From the NCBI GenBank assembly GCA_044892505.1, contig CM097883.1:389422001-389486000 (forward strand): 64,000 bases of DNA. The letters are read 5' to 3'. The notes beneath the pieces are model-generated. The model was not told the origin of the DNA, searched no databases, and worked only from the letters and a program-made list of their open reading frames with translations. Positions 53,090 through 64,000 of the stretch are shown here, in pieces. The DNA is from Schmidtea nova. Its lineage: Eukaryota. Position 1 is the stretch's first letter. Each line of letters opens with the position of its first letter. Both the position numbers and the translations under genes were made by a program.

Positions 53090-54103
53090 TATTGTTTATA
53101 AAAAAAAATTTTGATCTATAGTCATNNNNNNNNNNNNNNNNNNNNNNNNNNNNNNNNNNNNNNNNNNNNNNNNNNNNNNNNNNNNNNNNNNNNNNNNNNN
53201 NNNNNNNNNNNNNNNNNNNNNNNNNNNNNNNNNNNNNNNNNNNNNNNNNNNNNNNNNNNNNNNNNNNNNNNNNNNNNNNNNNNNNNNNNNNNNNNNNNNN
53301 NNNNNNNNNNNNNNNNNNNNNNNNNNNNNNNNNNNNNNNNNNNNNAAATCTGTACAAATGACTCTGTTGTGCCTGTGTTTTGCTTGTGTATTTTTATTTG
53401 AGGCAATCGCTATAGCGTTTTTTGTAAAGGGGTGTGATTATTGTGTCCTTGTCGAACAGTTTTATCGAGTTTTTGGAGTTGAATGTGATGTGTTTATGTT
53501 TTGTTTGTGTTTTTGTTTGTGGCGGGGCTTTTTCTTTTGTGGGGTTGTTTGAAGTGTTTTGATTGTTGTGGTATGGTTTGATTCTTCTAAGATTTATTCT
53601 TGTTTTGATGTTGTCTTTTATTATTGTTGCCACATTTTTATTAATTTCTAGCAATTTGAATGGGCCTTCGTATTTTGGTTCGAAACCTTTGGTGAAGGGC
53701 TTTTTGATTAATACGTAGTCTGTCGTTAGAACTACTTTTCCGTTAATTTCAGAGTTCGCTCTCTTTTTTAGGATTCCATTTAATTTCTTTTCTATTTTTT
53801 CGTTGTTTGTGTCGTTTGGTTGTTTGTTGGTTTTTGCGTTTTCTGTTGTGTTCTGGAGGTTTATTGTAGCATTGTCTGTTTTGACCGTCTGATGGTAGGT
53901 CTCTGTTGTAGTTATATCTGTTGTAATTGTCGTATGATTGTGTTGAGTTGAAGGTTTGTTTATTACAACGTTCTTTTATTTCGGCGAGTTCTGTTTTAAT
54001 TTGTCTGTTTTCGACTATGATTTCGTCGAATTTGCCGATTAGTGTGTTTAATAGCTTGTTCATGCTGTCGTTTTGATCGTTATTTTTGTTGTATGAAGGG
54101 TTA

Positions 54104-54787
54104 TTATAGTTCGTTTTGTTTTTGTTGTGGTTTTAGGTGCTTGCATATAGTCGGATAAATTTCCTCGTTGATTTTATCCGCTATGTCGGCAAGCGTTTCC
54201 ACATCAGCGTTGTTGCTGGCTGCCAGAATCCTCCTGATTTCTGGTGGCATTGCTCGCATGAAAAATTCTTTCACTAGTTCATTTGAACCCGAATTTGTGA
54301 TATTTGGTTGCAAATATTCTAGTTTTTGTTTTAATTGCCTGAGGAAATCAGTGGGTTTATTGTCACCTAATTGAGTGTTGTTGAGGCAAGATTCGAGCAT
54401 TTGCCGTCTGTTTATTTTGTTTTTGTTCGTCAGGATGTTGCATAGTTTGTTAAAGGGGTCGTCATCCTTAGAAATTTCTTCGATCTGATCCGCTATTTCA
54501 TTTAGTTTGTTGCTGGGGAGTGCGGCTATAATATTGGAGCATAGGGTTTTTGTGGATTTTATACCTGAAAGGGTTAGTGTTAATTTGGCAAATTCTAGCC
54601 ATTTTTGTGGGGTGCCATTTTCATCAGTGAAGTAATTTGGTATGTTGGGTTTCGGGTTAATTACAGAGTTTATGGTGTGTGTGTTTTCGGGGTTGTAATA
54701 ATAATTGTGGTTTTGGTGTTGAAATTGTGCATTCTCTTTGTCCGTGGGTGTTTGTGAAGTGTTTGGGTTTACTGGGTTCGATGCCAT
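54104..54787 (-). CDS. Gypsy Gag (DUF7041-like N-terminus), continues after a frameshift in 53749-54063
   Basis: PQKWLEF, LGDNKPTDFLRQL, FFMRAMPPEIRRILA, LADIADKI pattern. Confidence 0.75.
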   Translation of the reverse strand: MASNPVNPNTSQTPTDKENAQFQHQNHNYYYNPENTHTINSVINPKPNIPNYFTDENGTPQKWLEFAKLTLTLSGIKSTKTLCSNIIAALPSNKLNEIADQIEEISKDDDPFNKLCNILTNKNKINRRQMLESCLNNTQLGDNKPTDFLRQLKQKLEYLQPNITNSGSNELVKEFFMRAMPPEIRRILAASNNADVETLADIADKINEEIYPTICKHLKPQQKQNEL

Positions 54788-55484
54788 TTAATGGTATTGT
54801 TGTTGTTTGTTATGTTGTTTTTTATGTGAAAAAAATGAGCTTGACTAAAGGATATAGCCTACTGTGTTCGGCTAAAAGTGACGTTAATCCTTATACCTCT
54901 ATAATAGGTATGCTGAAGGCGTTAACGCTTGAAAAAAACGGCGAGTGTGTGTGTGTTGTGTTGACTTCTGACACCAGTTGTTATTTTAGTTCGGTGGGTA
55001 GGAGGTTTACGTGTGTGCAGAGAAATGTTGTAGGGACCGAGAGAGTCACCTATTAATTGTTGGGACACTCGGGGTGTTTGCTGTGTAATTGATTGCGTTG
55101 AGTAAAATGTACAAATACTGAATATAAAATATAAAAAACTACTGAATAACTTAATTAATTAAACAAGTTTTATTAAGGAAAAATAACCCGAAAAACCACG
55201 AAAATATTACTTTACTATTGTCTCTATATTGATTGTTCGGCCTTGGACCTTCCGGTTATCTTGCGATACTAAAAGCAAATTGAACCTGTACAATATTTTG
55301 AGGTTGGCTAAAGGTAGGTGAATCAAAGGACTGCTGATAACTTATATTAGAATAGAGTGAACTTGTCTCAAGTACAATAATGTTATTATTCTGATAATCG
55401 TTGCTTGATCTTTCTGGAATTGTTTATCGGTTGATATCGCTATATTTTATAGAGGGGGACTTGACCTGAGAACGATAATGTTAT

Positions 55485-55640
55485 TGTTCAGATAATTCTT
55501 CAGATTATTCTTCTATTCAGATTATTCAGATTATTCTTCTATTATTCAGATTATTCTTCAGATTATTCTTCTATTCAGATTATTCAGATTTTTCTTCTAT
55601 TATTCAGATTATTCTTCTATTATTCAGATTATTCTTCAGA
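55485..55640. repeat. Imperfect tandem repeat (ttcagattattcttcta) inside LTR-B
   Basis: Direct reading. Confidence 0.85.
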
Positions 55641-57625
55641 TTATTCAGATAATTATTCTATTTTTAAATATCGATTCTTTTATTTCTGTCGATTTGGCTT
55701 ACTATAGCGTTTGCTATAGCAAGCCAAATTCGAATTTCGAATTTAAAATTCGTTTTAGGATAATAATAATAATAAAAATGAATATTACCCTTCACAAGAA
55801 AAAAAGGGGGGGGCGGTGACCGCAAGGGCGCCGTCCATAACAATGACGGCGCTTACAACATAATACACGAATATCTCTAATCATAAAATAAATTAGANNN
55901 NNNNNNNNNNNNNNNNNNNNNNNNNNNNNNNNNNNNNNNNNNNNNNNNNNNNNNNNNNNNNNNNNNNNNNNNNNNNNNNNNNNNNNNNNNNNNNNNNNNN
56001 NNNNNNNNNNNNNNNNNNNNNNNNNNNNNNNNNNNNNNNNNNNNNNNNNNNNNNNNNNNNNNNNNNNNNNNNNNNNNNNNNNNNNNNNNNNNNNNNNNNN
56101 NNNNNNNNNNNNNNNNNNNNNNNNNNNNNNNNNNNNNNNNNNNNNNNNNNNNNAGAACTCTGTAAACTAAATAAGGAAGATATTATATGCTATTTCCTAT
56201 ATATGTGTCTCTAATCACACCGTTGGATAATTAATTAGCGGCCTTCAAGTTTTTTTCCCCTTGGGAAATTTTCTTGAACTAGAGTTAGCAGTTAACTTGT
56301 TAAAAACCAAAAGCATAAAAACTGTTAAGATTTTGAAAAGAAACCATTTTGTAATAAACTTGAAGAACACAAAGATATCCGAAAGGTTCGACTAAACACC
56401 AATTATTAAAACCATTATTTATTCAGAAACCCTAATCATTATGACTGTTGAAAATATTGTATCTAAAACTTTCTTCATATTAGGATTTCAAAGACCTTTA
56501 ATCCAGTTCACTATTTTAAATGTTTAAATAAATGAAATAAATGTTTCAGTTCTGCCAGTATTGTCATCATGACCACCGAATGTTTCCCAATTTTCTACTA
56601 ATGACTTTTTTTATATGAGAATACCTTCAAAAGTCCTGTAAAAATTTCATTGTATTCTCTTTTTAAACAACTGTACCAAATACACTATTATCAAGTTGAA
56701 TAAAATTTTCAATTTTATTCTTAAATTTTTGATTTTTTTTCTTGACTTTCTTTCTTAATTTAGTCCTTATAACTAGTTTAAATTGCAAAAAAATATATAA
56801 ATTTATTTTAATGCAGAAAAATACAAAAATCACCAATCCTGACAAGAGGGATAATGATTAACTTGTTTAAAAAATAAAGTGTAAAATTTGATTTATTAAA
56901 AATTAATATTAAAAATTAATATTTATTTAATAAAAATTTGCAAAATATTATTAAATAACATTTTAAAATTTTAATTAATATTTCTTTAATTTTCACCTCT
57001 TAATAACAAATGATAAAATTTTAAATTTAAATCTCCAAAAAAAAGAGAAAGAAATGGAAAATACTAATTTTCCAATGTATTTATGGATAAATCAATATTT
57101 AAATTTGTGTGCAAACTTTTGTTTATCTAGAGTCAATATTATAATAAGTAGAATATGTTGTAATCTATAATCCCACACAAATATGGAATTTCACAAACAA
57201 ATTCAAGATTTGTTTTATCGGATTTATAAGTTTATTTCTAGGTTTTTTGTTAAAAAATATTTTTTTAATATAAAATCCATTAGTAAGAAATTTTATTGTT
57301 TCAATATCTTTGCTTTGGAATTTTTAGTATTAATAATGAAATTCAAGAATTTCGTTAGAAATAAATTTGGTAAGAATTATAGTAGAAAATNNNNNNNNNN
57401 NNNNNNNNNNNNNNNNNNNNNNNNNNNNNNNNNNNNNNNNNNNNNNNNNNNNNNNNNNNNNNNNNNNNNNNNNNNNNNNNNNNNNNNNNNNNNNNNNNNN
57501 NNNNNNNNNNNNNNNNNNNNNNNNNNNNNNNNNNNNNNNNNNNNNNNNNNNNNNNNNNNNNNNNNNNNNNNNNNNAATTTTGGAAATCTTTGCTTCAAAT
57601 GGACTTTTTTTTAAATTATAGATTA

Positions 57626-58350
57626 TGTTGGGGTTAATATTAAAATCACAAAAGTAACAAGAAAAAATAGTAAAAGTAAAAAAATATCAAAATAAGTAAA
57701 AGTGCAAAAATTAATTAAAATTTATCAAAAATTTAAAATTAATATTCATCGGGGGAAATGGGTATAGTTGAATGCCAAATCAAAAGACAAACCCAAAATT
57801 AATAATAGAAATTTAGTAATGGGTCCTCAGAGAAAGTTATATAGTAAAAACCAATTAATTAAAATTAATTAATTGTTTAATGAGAAGCCTGAGACAATGG
57901 GTAACCTTAGTAATGAAGGAAACCCGAGAGCAATATAGACCTGTGAGATCAAAAGCGGGAGATTGCGTAGGGTAATTAGGGAGAATCCACCCTAGCGCAA
58001 ACATAATAATTTGTTTATAGATCAATTAAGTCAGAGATTGGATAACTTTTGGGTTTTGATTAAATTTAATTGTAATTTGCGATATGTATAAAAGGCAGCA
58101 CAAAGTAAAGGACGAGAAAAGATTTTTGTAACCGTCCTAACGTGAGGATCAAATCTGAACGAGAAAGAAAATGCAAATTGCTGAAAGTGTAAATAATATT
58201 GAAAAAACAAGTTGAGTTAGAAAATGATTTGTATTTGTAGTGGTACTCAAATAAATTGTTCTGTGTTGGGTTTTATTGATTTTCTATAATTAAAGGACAC
58301 GAGTAGTCAGGTCTTTGAATCTATCTTAAACAAAGTAAAATAACCCTACA
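57626..58350 (+). mobile_element. Solo LTR, family A (725 bp)
   Basis: TGTTGGGGTTA...TAACCCTACA imperfect inverted termini; 4-bp ATTA direct repeat on both flanks; related copies elsewhere in the window. Confidence 0.75.
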
Positions 58351-59529
58351 ATTATGTTCAATTAATTAATTAGCTTCAATGTGATATTATATTAATCTAC
58401 ACGATATTCAATTAATTAAGCGTCAAACAAATATAAAGCTAAAGCCCAAAGAATAATTTAAAATTTATTTTAGGAGTAATTTAGCGTATGTTAGTAATTT
58501 TATTAATATTATGTTGGTGTTTGAGTTGTTAAATTTGTGTTATTGCTAAGGTTACTGTATTTGGTCGCGCCCGATCTTAAAATATTTTTAAAATTAATTA
58601 AATAATAATTAAAATAATTAATTGGGTGCTTGATCGCTATGAGAGATTGTGGGGCGAGCCTGGAAGACGTTAGACGGTATTATCGAAATCTATATAAATC
58701 TTATTTGTGCATATAAAAATAAAATCGACTATCTCTACGTTCTTCACCGAATTCTCATGCAATTCAAGTTTCCTGATTTTGGATAAATACAAATGTTTAG
58801 AATTAATTCTTAAAAAAGATGGCAGCAAAAAAAAAGAATTGCGTGCAATCGTCTGTGTGCGCGACAGTGATGTGATCTATTGTGAAATTGGGTGCTCACA
58901 CACACGCGAGAGCGGAATTCGCTAATAGGAATAACCAAGGAATTAAATCGATTTGGATTTATTTTGATGAGGATTAAAAAAAACTTAGACTGGATTAATC
59001 GAATTTGTTGTGCGGCTTTCGATGCGAAAAGAAATCAGGATATCAGGGACAGTGTTTGCCAAGTGAATTAACATTGGGTGATTTTGGAATTTTGGGTTTA
59101 ATTAAAAAACGAATAATTGATTTGTTTTACTGTATTAATTGTTATGTCTTTTAGTGGCAGATTTTGATTTGATTTAATGAATTAATTATTAATTGTAATT
59201 TGGCTGATATTTTTGTTGTTTATCTGAATTAATTTTTTAACTTGGAATGGAATTAACTTTTGAATTTAATTAAGGATTTAACTTTGAATTATTTTTGGTG
59301 ATTTGTTTTTGGATTTACGAATTTTGGGGGTCAATGAATTGGATTTGGGAATTAACTTTTGAATTTATTTATGTTTAATTGCTGATGCTGAATTGGACTT
59401 TTTGAATTGGATTTTGAATAAAATGTTTCGATTTTCTGGATTAATTTAATGGATTAATTGTAATGAACTTTTGAATTGACTTTGATTTTAAAATATAGAA
59501 AATGGTAATACAGTTTTGTTTTTTTGAAA

Positions 59530-59700
59530 ATGCCAGATTCGGAATTAAATGTCGATATTTTAATAATCAGATTATTAGAAGTAAGAGGATGTAGTCCGGG
59601 TAAAACTGTCGACATGAAACAAGATGAAATACAAGCACTGTGTTTAAAGAGCAATGAAATAATTTTAAATAAAAACATCTTACTAGAAATGGAAACTGCA
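59530..59700 (+). pseudogene. PPP1C: Protein phosphatase 1 catalytic subunit N-terminal fragment (57 aa)
   Basis: [23 protein letters not shown]...LCLKSNEI...ILLEME matches PP1 [21 protein letters not shown]...LCIKSREI...ILLELEAP. Confidence 0.85.
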
Positions 59701-59960
59701 CGATGTAAATGGAAAATGTCCTGTGACAGGACTTGTCAATGTATTGCCGAAATTAATCAATCGTACACTCAATCAGCTGTAATGATGCCATTAGGCTGTT
59801 CAATCATCGCATTCTCTTACGATAAGGATATGGATAAGCCACTGTTATTCAAAACCGATCCCAGTGGATTTGTAGCTGGTCGTCGAGCTGTTGCGGGCGG
59901 TGGAAAACAGTTGGAAGCTAAAAGCTATGAGGAAAAATAGCTCCGGAAAAATAAAGAAAT
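59701..59960 (+). pseudogene. PSMA6: 20S proteasome alpha subunit (PSMA6-type) internal fragment, in frame with the PP1 fragment
   Basis: [20 protein letters not shown]...KTDPSGF..G..A.AGG.KQLEA.SY.EK matches IADISQVYTQNAEMRPLGC...KCDPAGY; TAG at 59938. Confidence 0.8.
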
Positions 59961-62254
59961 CAATCGGAGCTTGACGCTCCGAACCAGTATCCTAGACACT
60001 GTAATGAAATGCAACTATCCTCACTCGTACATCCATAATTATGTTGGTATTGTATACAGTGGTATGAAAACTAATGAGTCGGTGAATTTAGTTATCAAAA
60101 CTACTCCTCACTTCATTTTCCCTTCCAGATCCTGGCTGTCGATAGTGGGCATTACGCTCATTCAACCATTCTTTTGTATTTTTTAGAACATCATTTTCTT
60201 CTAACTAGCTTCAACACCCATTTGTCTTTTCCAAGATTTAAATAGCATTTCATTTGTAATTCCCAATTTTTTTTAAATTTTTCTATCTTTATTTACTCGT
60301 TCAAAGTTTTTTGCAAGGTTCTGCTTGTATTTTTTGATAAAATTCTCCATGCTTTGATTTATGTGTTCAATTTATTTTCCCATCCGATTAAGCGCTAAGT
60401 GATTCCACCAGACCACGGTTTTTAAGATCAGCATACTACTTTCTCTCTCCAAAAGGCAATGGACTTAAGCTAACTCAAGCTGTATCGCTCGCCAAATTAA
60501 ATAAAACAAAACAAAATTCTATTTCAAATATTAATTATAGTACAAATGAACCTTCAAAAAATATACCTTTTTATACTGTTAGCAATTCACAATTACTAAA
60601 CTTCTTCAAAAACGCTCCGCTAGAAGGAACAAAACTAATATTTACTTCTGTGCTGGTGCTTGTACTATGCCTAAATTTTTATTATGTTGGGTTTTCGCAA
60701 ATTTTAGACTATTTTATTGTGGCGCGTTTGTATTTTTGACGCGGTAAAACAATCAGAAATTCCCCTTCTACTTGCCAAACACTTACGTATTATTATTATT
60801 GCTATTATTATTTTTTAACTAACTCAAAATATAATTTTATTTTTATTTTAAATTTTAAAAATTCATAATTCATATTCATGTGTAAAAATTATTTTTAAAA
60901 ATTATTAGTAATTATATTAATAATTAGTTAAAGGTATGAATTCCAAATTTTAAAGATTTTGAAAGAAATTTATTTTTTTAACTATTTAAATTAATGAAAA
61001 TAAAAAGATATTTTTATTTTATTTAAATTTAAAATTCCATTCATATATTTTAGCTGAAAATAATTATTAATGAAAATTAATCGAAGTAAATAAAATTTAA
61101 CCTGATTAATTGAACTATAAGTCACAATTAATTAAATTTTGACAAAATATTTTTTTCCATTTGATTTCTGGAATTCTCAATAAGAAAAAAAAGTAAATTT
61201 TATGTTTATATAAAATTTCTATAAAAGACAGAAATTAGTAAATTAATTAATTAATTTTCGTTTGTCATTGTTTCTATGTGAATATTTTTAGTCAATAAAT
61301 TGTTTAAATGTATTCAGATCAAATAAACAAATTTATTTTATTAATAACTATCTCATAGGTAAATCAATCTAATTGCATTTATAATTCATTCAACAATAAA
61401 TTATGTTTATAAACATTTCAATTGTGACTTCATTCAAACAAAAAATTGTTTGTTTTTTCTATAAATTGGTTATTTAATTTTCCCAGTCTTAGAATATGAA
61501 TTTTTAATTCAAAGCTATTACAATTTTTATCTGTCGTGGTTATTTTAAGGCTATGTTAACTGTGGCATTCGGTGGTCTACTTGGTAGCACTTATGCATAA
61601 TTGTCGTAGTTGAACGTAATTAAATGATAAAGAGTAAATTCGGAGAAATGGTAAAAGTGTTGAGGTTCATCGGCAACGGAGCTCATCTACTCACTTGATT
61701 CTCGCCACCATGTACAATACCAACATTGTTACTTGGGGAATAACTATGGGTACATGTGTGTGGTAGATTGATATTTATGTTGCTGTATGGGTTGTGTTAA
61801 CTCCTGGAATCGTTAATAATTTTTGTGACACCACCCATACCACCCAACGTACCCTTAATAGCATTATGATGTCCTTTGACAACATTTTGAATTTTACTCC
61901 CTTTAAGAAGATGTGAAGTAAATTTTAATTTGGAGTGCAGAATTCACTTTTGATTTTATACAGTGTACAATTCGTAAAACATTAAATCATATATAGATGG
62001 CGTAATCACACTTTGTGCTTGTTCAAACCATTTAGATGTTGACCTCCAAGGAAGATATTTATGCATTTAAGAATTAAAATTAAATTAATTTACAGTAATT
62101 TTTAATCAAATAATTTGACATAGGGAAGTCAAGTTGATGTAGATAACATCATTCAAGAATATAACTTTTTACGGTATACAAACTTATTAAATTATCCATC
62201 GAGACGTTTAGTAATCCAGTTCTAGCACAGAAACTTTTTTGTTGGTTCTTTTGT

Positions 62255-62420
62255 TGTTAAGTACACGATATTTCAAAACAGACTTTAGCAAGTGTGTAAT
62301 ATCAATTATTTTCAAATACACACTTAATAAAGACTGTGCCGAAATATCATGTGCTTAACAACCAAAAAACCCCAAAAAAAACTTTGATTTATAGTCATAA
62401 AATTATGAAAATTATTGTTA
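62255..62420. mobile_element. Old head-to-head PLE-tail pair with decayed ribozyme motifs
   Basis: acacacttaataaagactgtgccgaaatatc and its diverged inverse at 62262-62295; ttgatttatagtcat tail. Confidence 0.7.
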
Positions 62421-62711
62421 TTAACAAATAATATCAACTACTTGTATTGTACCTAAACGTTTCATAATAAATTCTAAGAATCATTTAAAAAAAATTCAAA
62501 TTCAATTAAAAAATTGAAATAGTCCGTTAAATTATTTTGAAAAAATTAATTTTACTGCGATTTTTTAATAAATTTTTGAAGCACTCTAGTTTACTTAATT
62601 GACTGTAGGCAGGTGTATGAGTGATAGGATATGATCTCTTTAACTAGATGTTCAATATAAAATTGAATTTTGATTTATTCTACATACAATTTTGTTCAAT
62701 CGAGAGTATTA

Positions 62712-63718
62712 CACCGTGTTTCACTGGCGTTTCTCACATATAATACACGTGCGTGTAACGCGTCCAGGGTTATTATTCATTTTTTTTAAATGTTTATCAT
62801 TAGCCATTTTAAAATGGCTTTCAGGTAATTTTTTTTATTAGGATAACTTTTAAGGCTTTTATTTTGATCTCATAATGACATGAGATCATTTTAAAAGCTT
62901 TAAAAGATTATCTATGTTCTACAAATTTATTTTTAATTAGTTTGTATGAAATTAATATTTTGAAATAATTTTCTTTCAACGTAAGTTAAAATTATTTTTT
63001 TAATTAAAATTAATTTATAAAACTAATATTCGAGGCTTGCTACTACTTTTTCTGCCGTATGATAGATCATCATATTTTTATATTTATAAATTATATTTCT
63101 GATCGAATTTTTGGTATTCCAAGTGAACTTTTTGGTTATTTTCAACGGAATTTATTATCCTGCTTCGTCAATATCTGAAATCCTAATCACAATTATTTCA
63201 AATTAAGATTTTCGAAAAACCTTTTCGGGTATCGAATGTTGTAAATCGGTAGACGTACATTGTAAATATTTTTTTAATCAAAAATAATTCATCCCATTTT
63301 ACTTCCTCAGCTTCGCAAAACGTAATAATTTTTAGTGAAGAATTTGCTGAAATTCTTCGAAAATATAAATTTATTATAATTTAAATTATATTGCTTACGA
63401 TGATATTTCATCATTTTCACAAAAAAAAAAAAGGTAAATTCCTCAGATTCATTTAAAGAAATTTTATCCGCCATTTTAATTTTCAATGTTTTTGATGATT
63501 AAAATTTTGTGTGAGATTATAGAATGAAACAATTAACGCATTTGGAAGTTTACATCTGTTTTTTCCTATGTTTTGTGTTTGTGTGTGGTTTTGTCTACGA
63601 CATAATAAATGATACGATTGAGTAAAACAGCAATGGATAAGGTACATGTAGGCGTGTATTTTTCTATAGTTTAAGCTTACTGATTATTATAGGTGATACG
63701 TTTCAGTGAAACACGGTG
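62712..63718 (-). mobile_element. Tc1/mariner-type non-autonomous DNA transposon (1007 bp)
   Basis: Perfect 15-bp TIRs CACCGTGTTTCACTG flanked by TA on both sides; weak HTH-like remnant SSLGIPK on minus strand. Confidence 0.75.
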
Positions 63719-64000
63719 TAGAAGAAATTCGTGACTCAGTATTTGCATTTTTAATTTAGAACAATACTGCAATTTTCTTTAGCAAAATTTTGATTTTATT
63801 TAAATTATTTCTAGTAAACAAAATATTATTAATTGCTCAAATTAGTTAAAAAATTATTTTTATCCATGAAATTATTCTTTTAAGAAAAATTGTTGTTTAG
63901 CAATAATATAATTCGTTTTATAAATTATTTCAATATTTTATTTTTATTCGTTATTCTCCAACATATTTCAATAAATAAATTTCATTTGTTATTTTTATCT

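Larger units (their letters stand above)
50083..53125 (+). mobile_element. Penelope-like retroelement with an inverted 3' duplication on its 5' side (minus arm 50083-50835)
   Basis: RT + GIY-YIG ORF; 50083-50835 is the reverse complement of the element from ~52436 onward; left arm ends in (TA)n; right end in gap. Confidence 0.96.
53346..55897 (-). mobile_element. LTR family B non-autonomous Gypsy: LTR, tRNA-Leu-type PBS, gag, integrase tail only
   Basis: PBS TGGTGTCAGAAGT at 54963-54975; LTR blocks shared with 6102 and 22547 copies; KGFEPKYEGPF at ~53660-53690; no PR/RT/RH; both ends in gaps. Confidence 0.8.

Noticed and set aside
54679-55056. 125-aa plus-strand ORF and other antisense ORFs overlapping gag, RT or eIF5A
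   Set aside because: Shadow frames of real minus- or plus-strand coding sequence with no motifs
20027-57621. ORF-track entries containing X runs
   Set aside because: They are translations through N gaps, not genes
60030-60070. GIVYSGM as a second proteasome subunit (PSMA2-like) fragment
   Set aside because: The surrounding residues do not fit, and the segment matches the unrelated fragment at 61683-61772 better
61560-61900. Alternative genetic code suggested by in-frame stops
   Set aside because: Both TAA and TGA interrupt the frame, while eIF5A and the PLE ORF terminate normally at TAG and TAA; pseudogene decay is simpler

Overview
AT-rich, gap-containing (10 N-runs) eukaryotic genomic window that is almost entirely transposon debris. 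It holds one intact host gene, eIF5A, with a 49-nt intron directly after the ATG. The host cannot be named: the PP1 fragment looks animal-type, while eIF5A is divergent. Mobile DNA includes Ty3/Gypsy elements (one with both LTRs), two solo-LTR/LTR families, hAT transposons of two groups, a Tc1/mariner-type deletion derivative, and a Penelope-like element (PLE) with an uninterrupted RT + GIY-YIG ORF. The most interesting signal is non-coding. A near-perfect tandem array of a 380-bp unit (17549-20376) carries a canonical type I hammerhead ribozyme on the minus strand of every unit, a retrozyme-like architecture. The PLE carries a different, non-canonical hammerhead-like fold in its 3' tail (U3-A8 swap plus an extra A). 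Both element types, and several tiny PLE-tail derivatives, are inserted as head-to-head inverted pairs, often against (TA)n, and many arms start at or near the ribozyme. This suggests an autonomous PLE plus ribozyme-bearing non-autonomous passengers. A chimeric PP1/proteasome-alpha pseudo-ORF lies at 59530-59940. All alignments and folds were done by eye; nothing was run.
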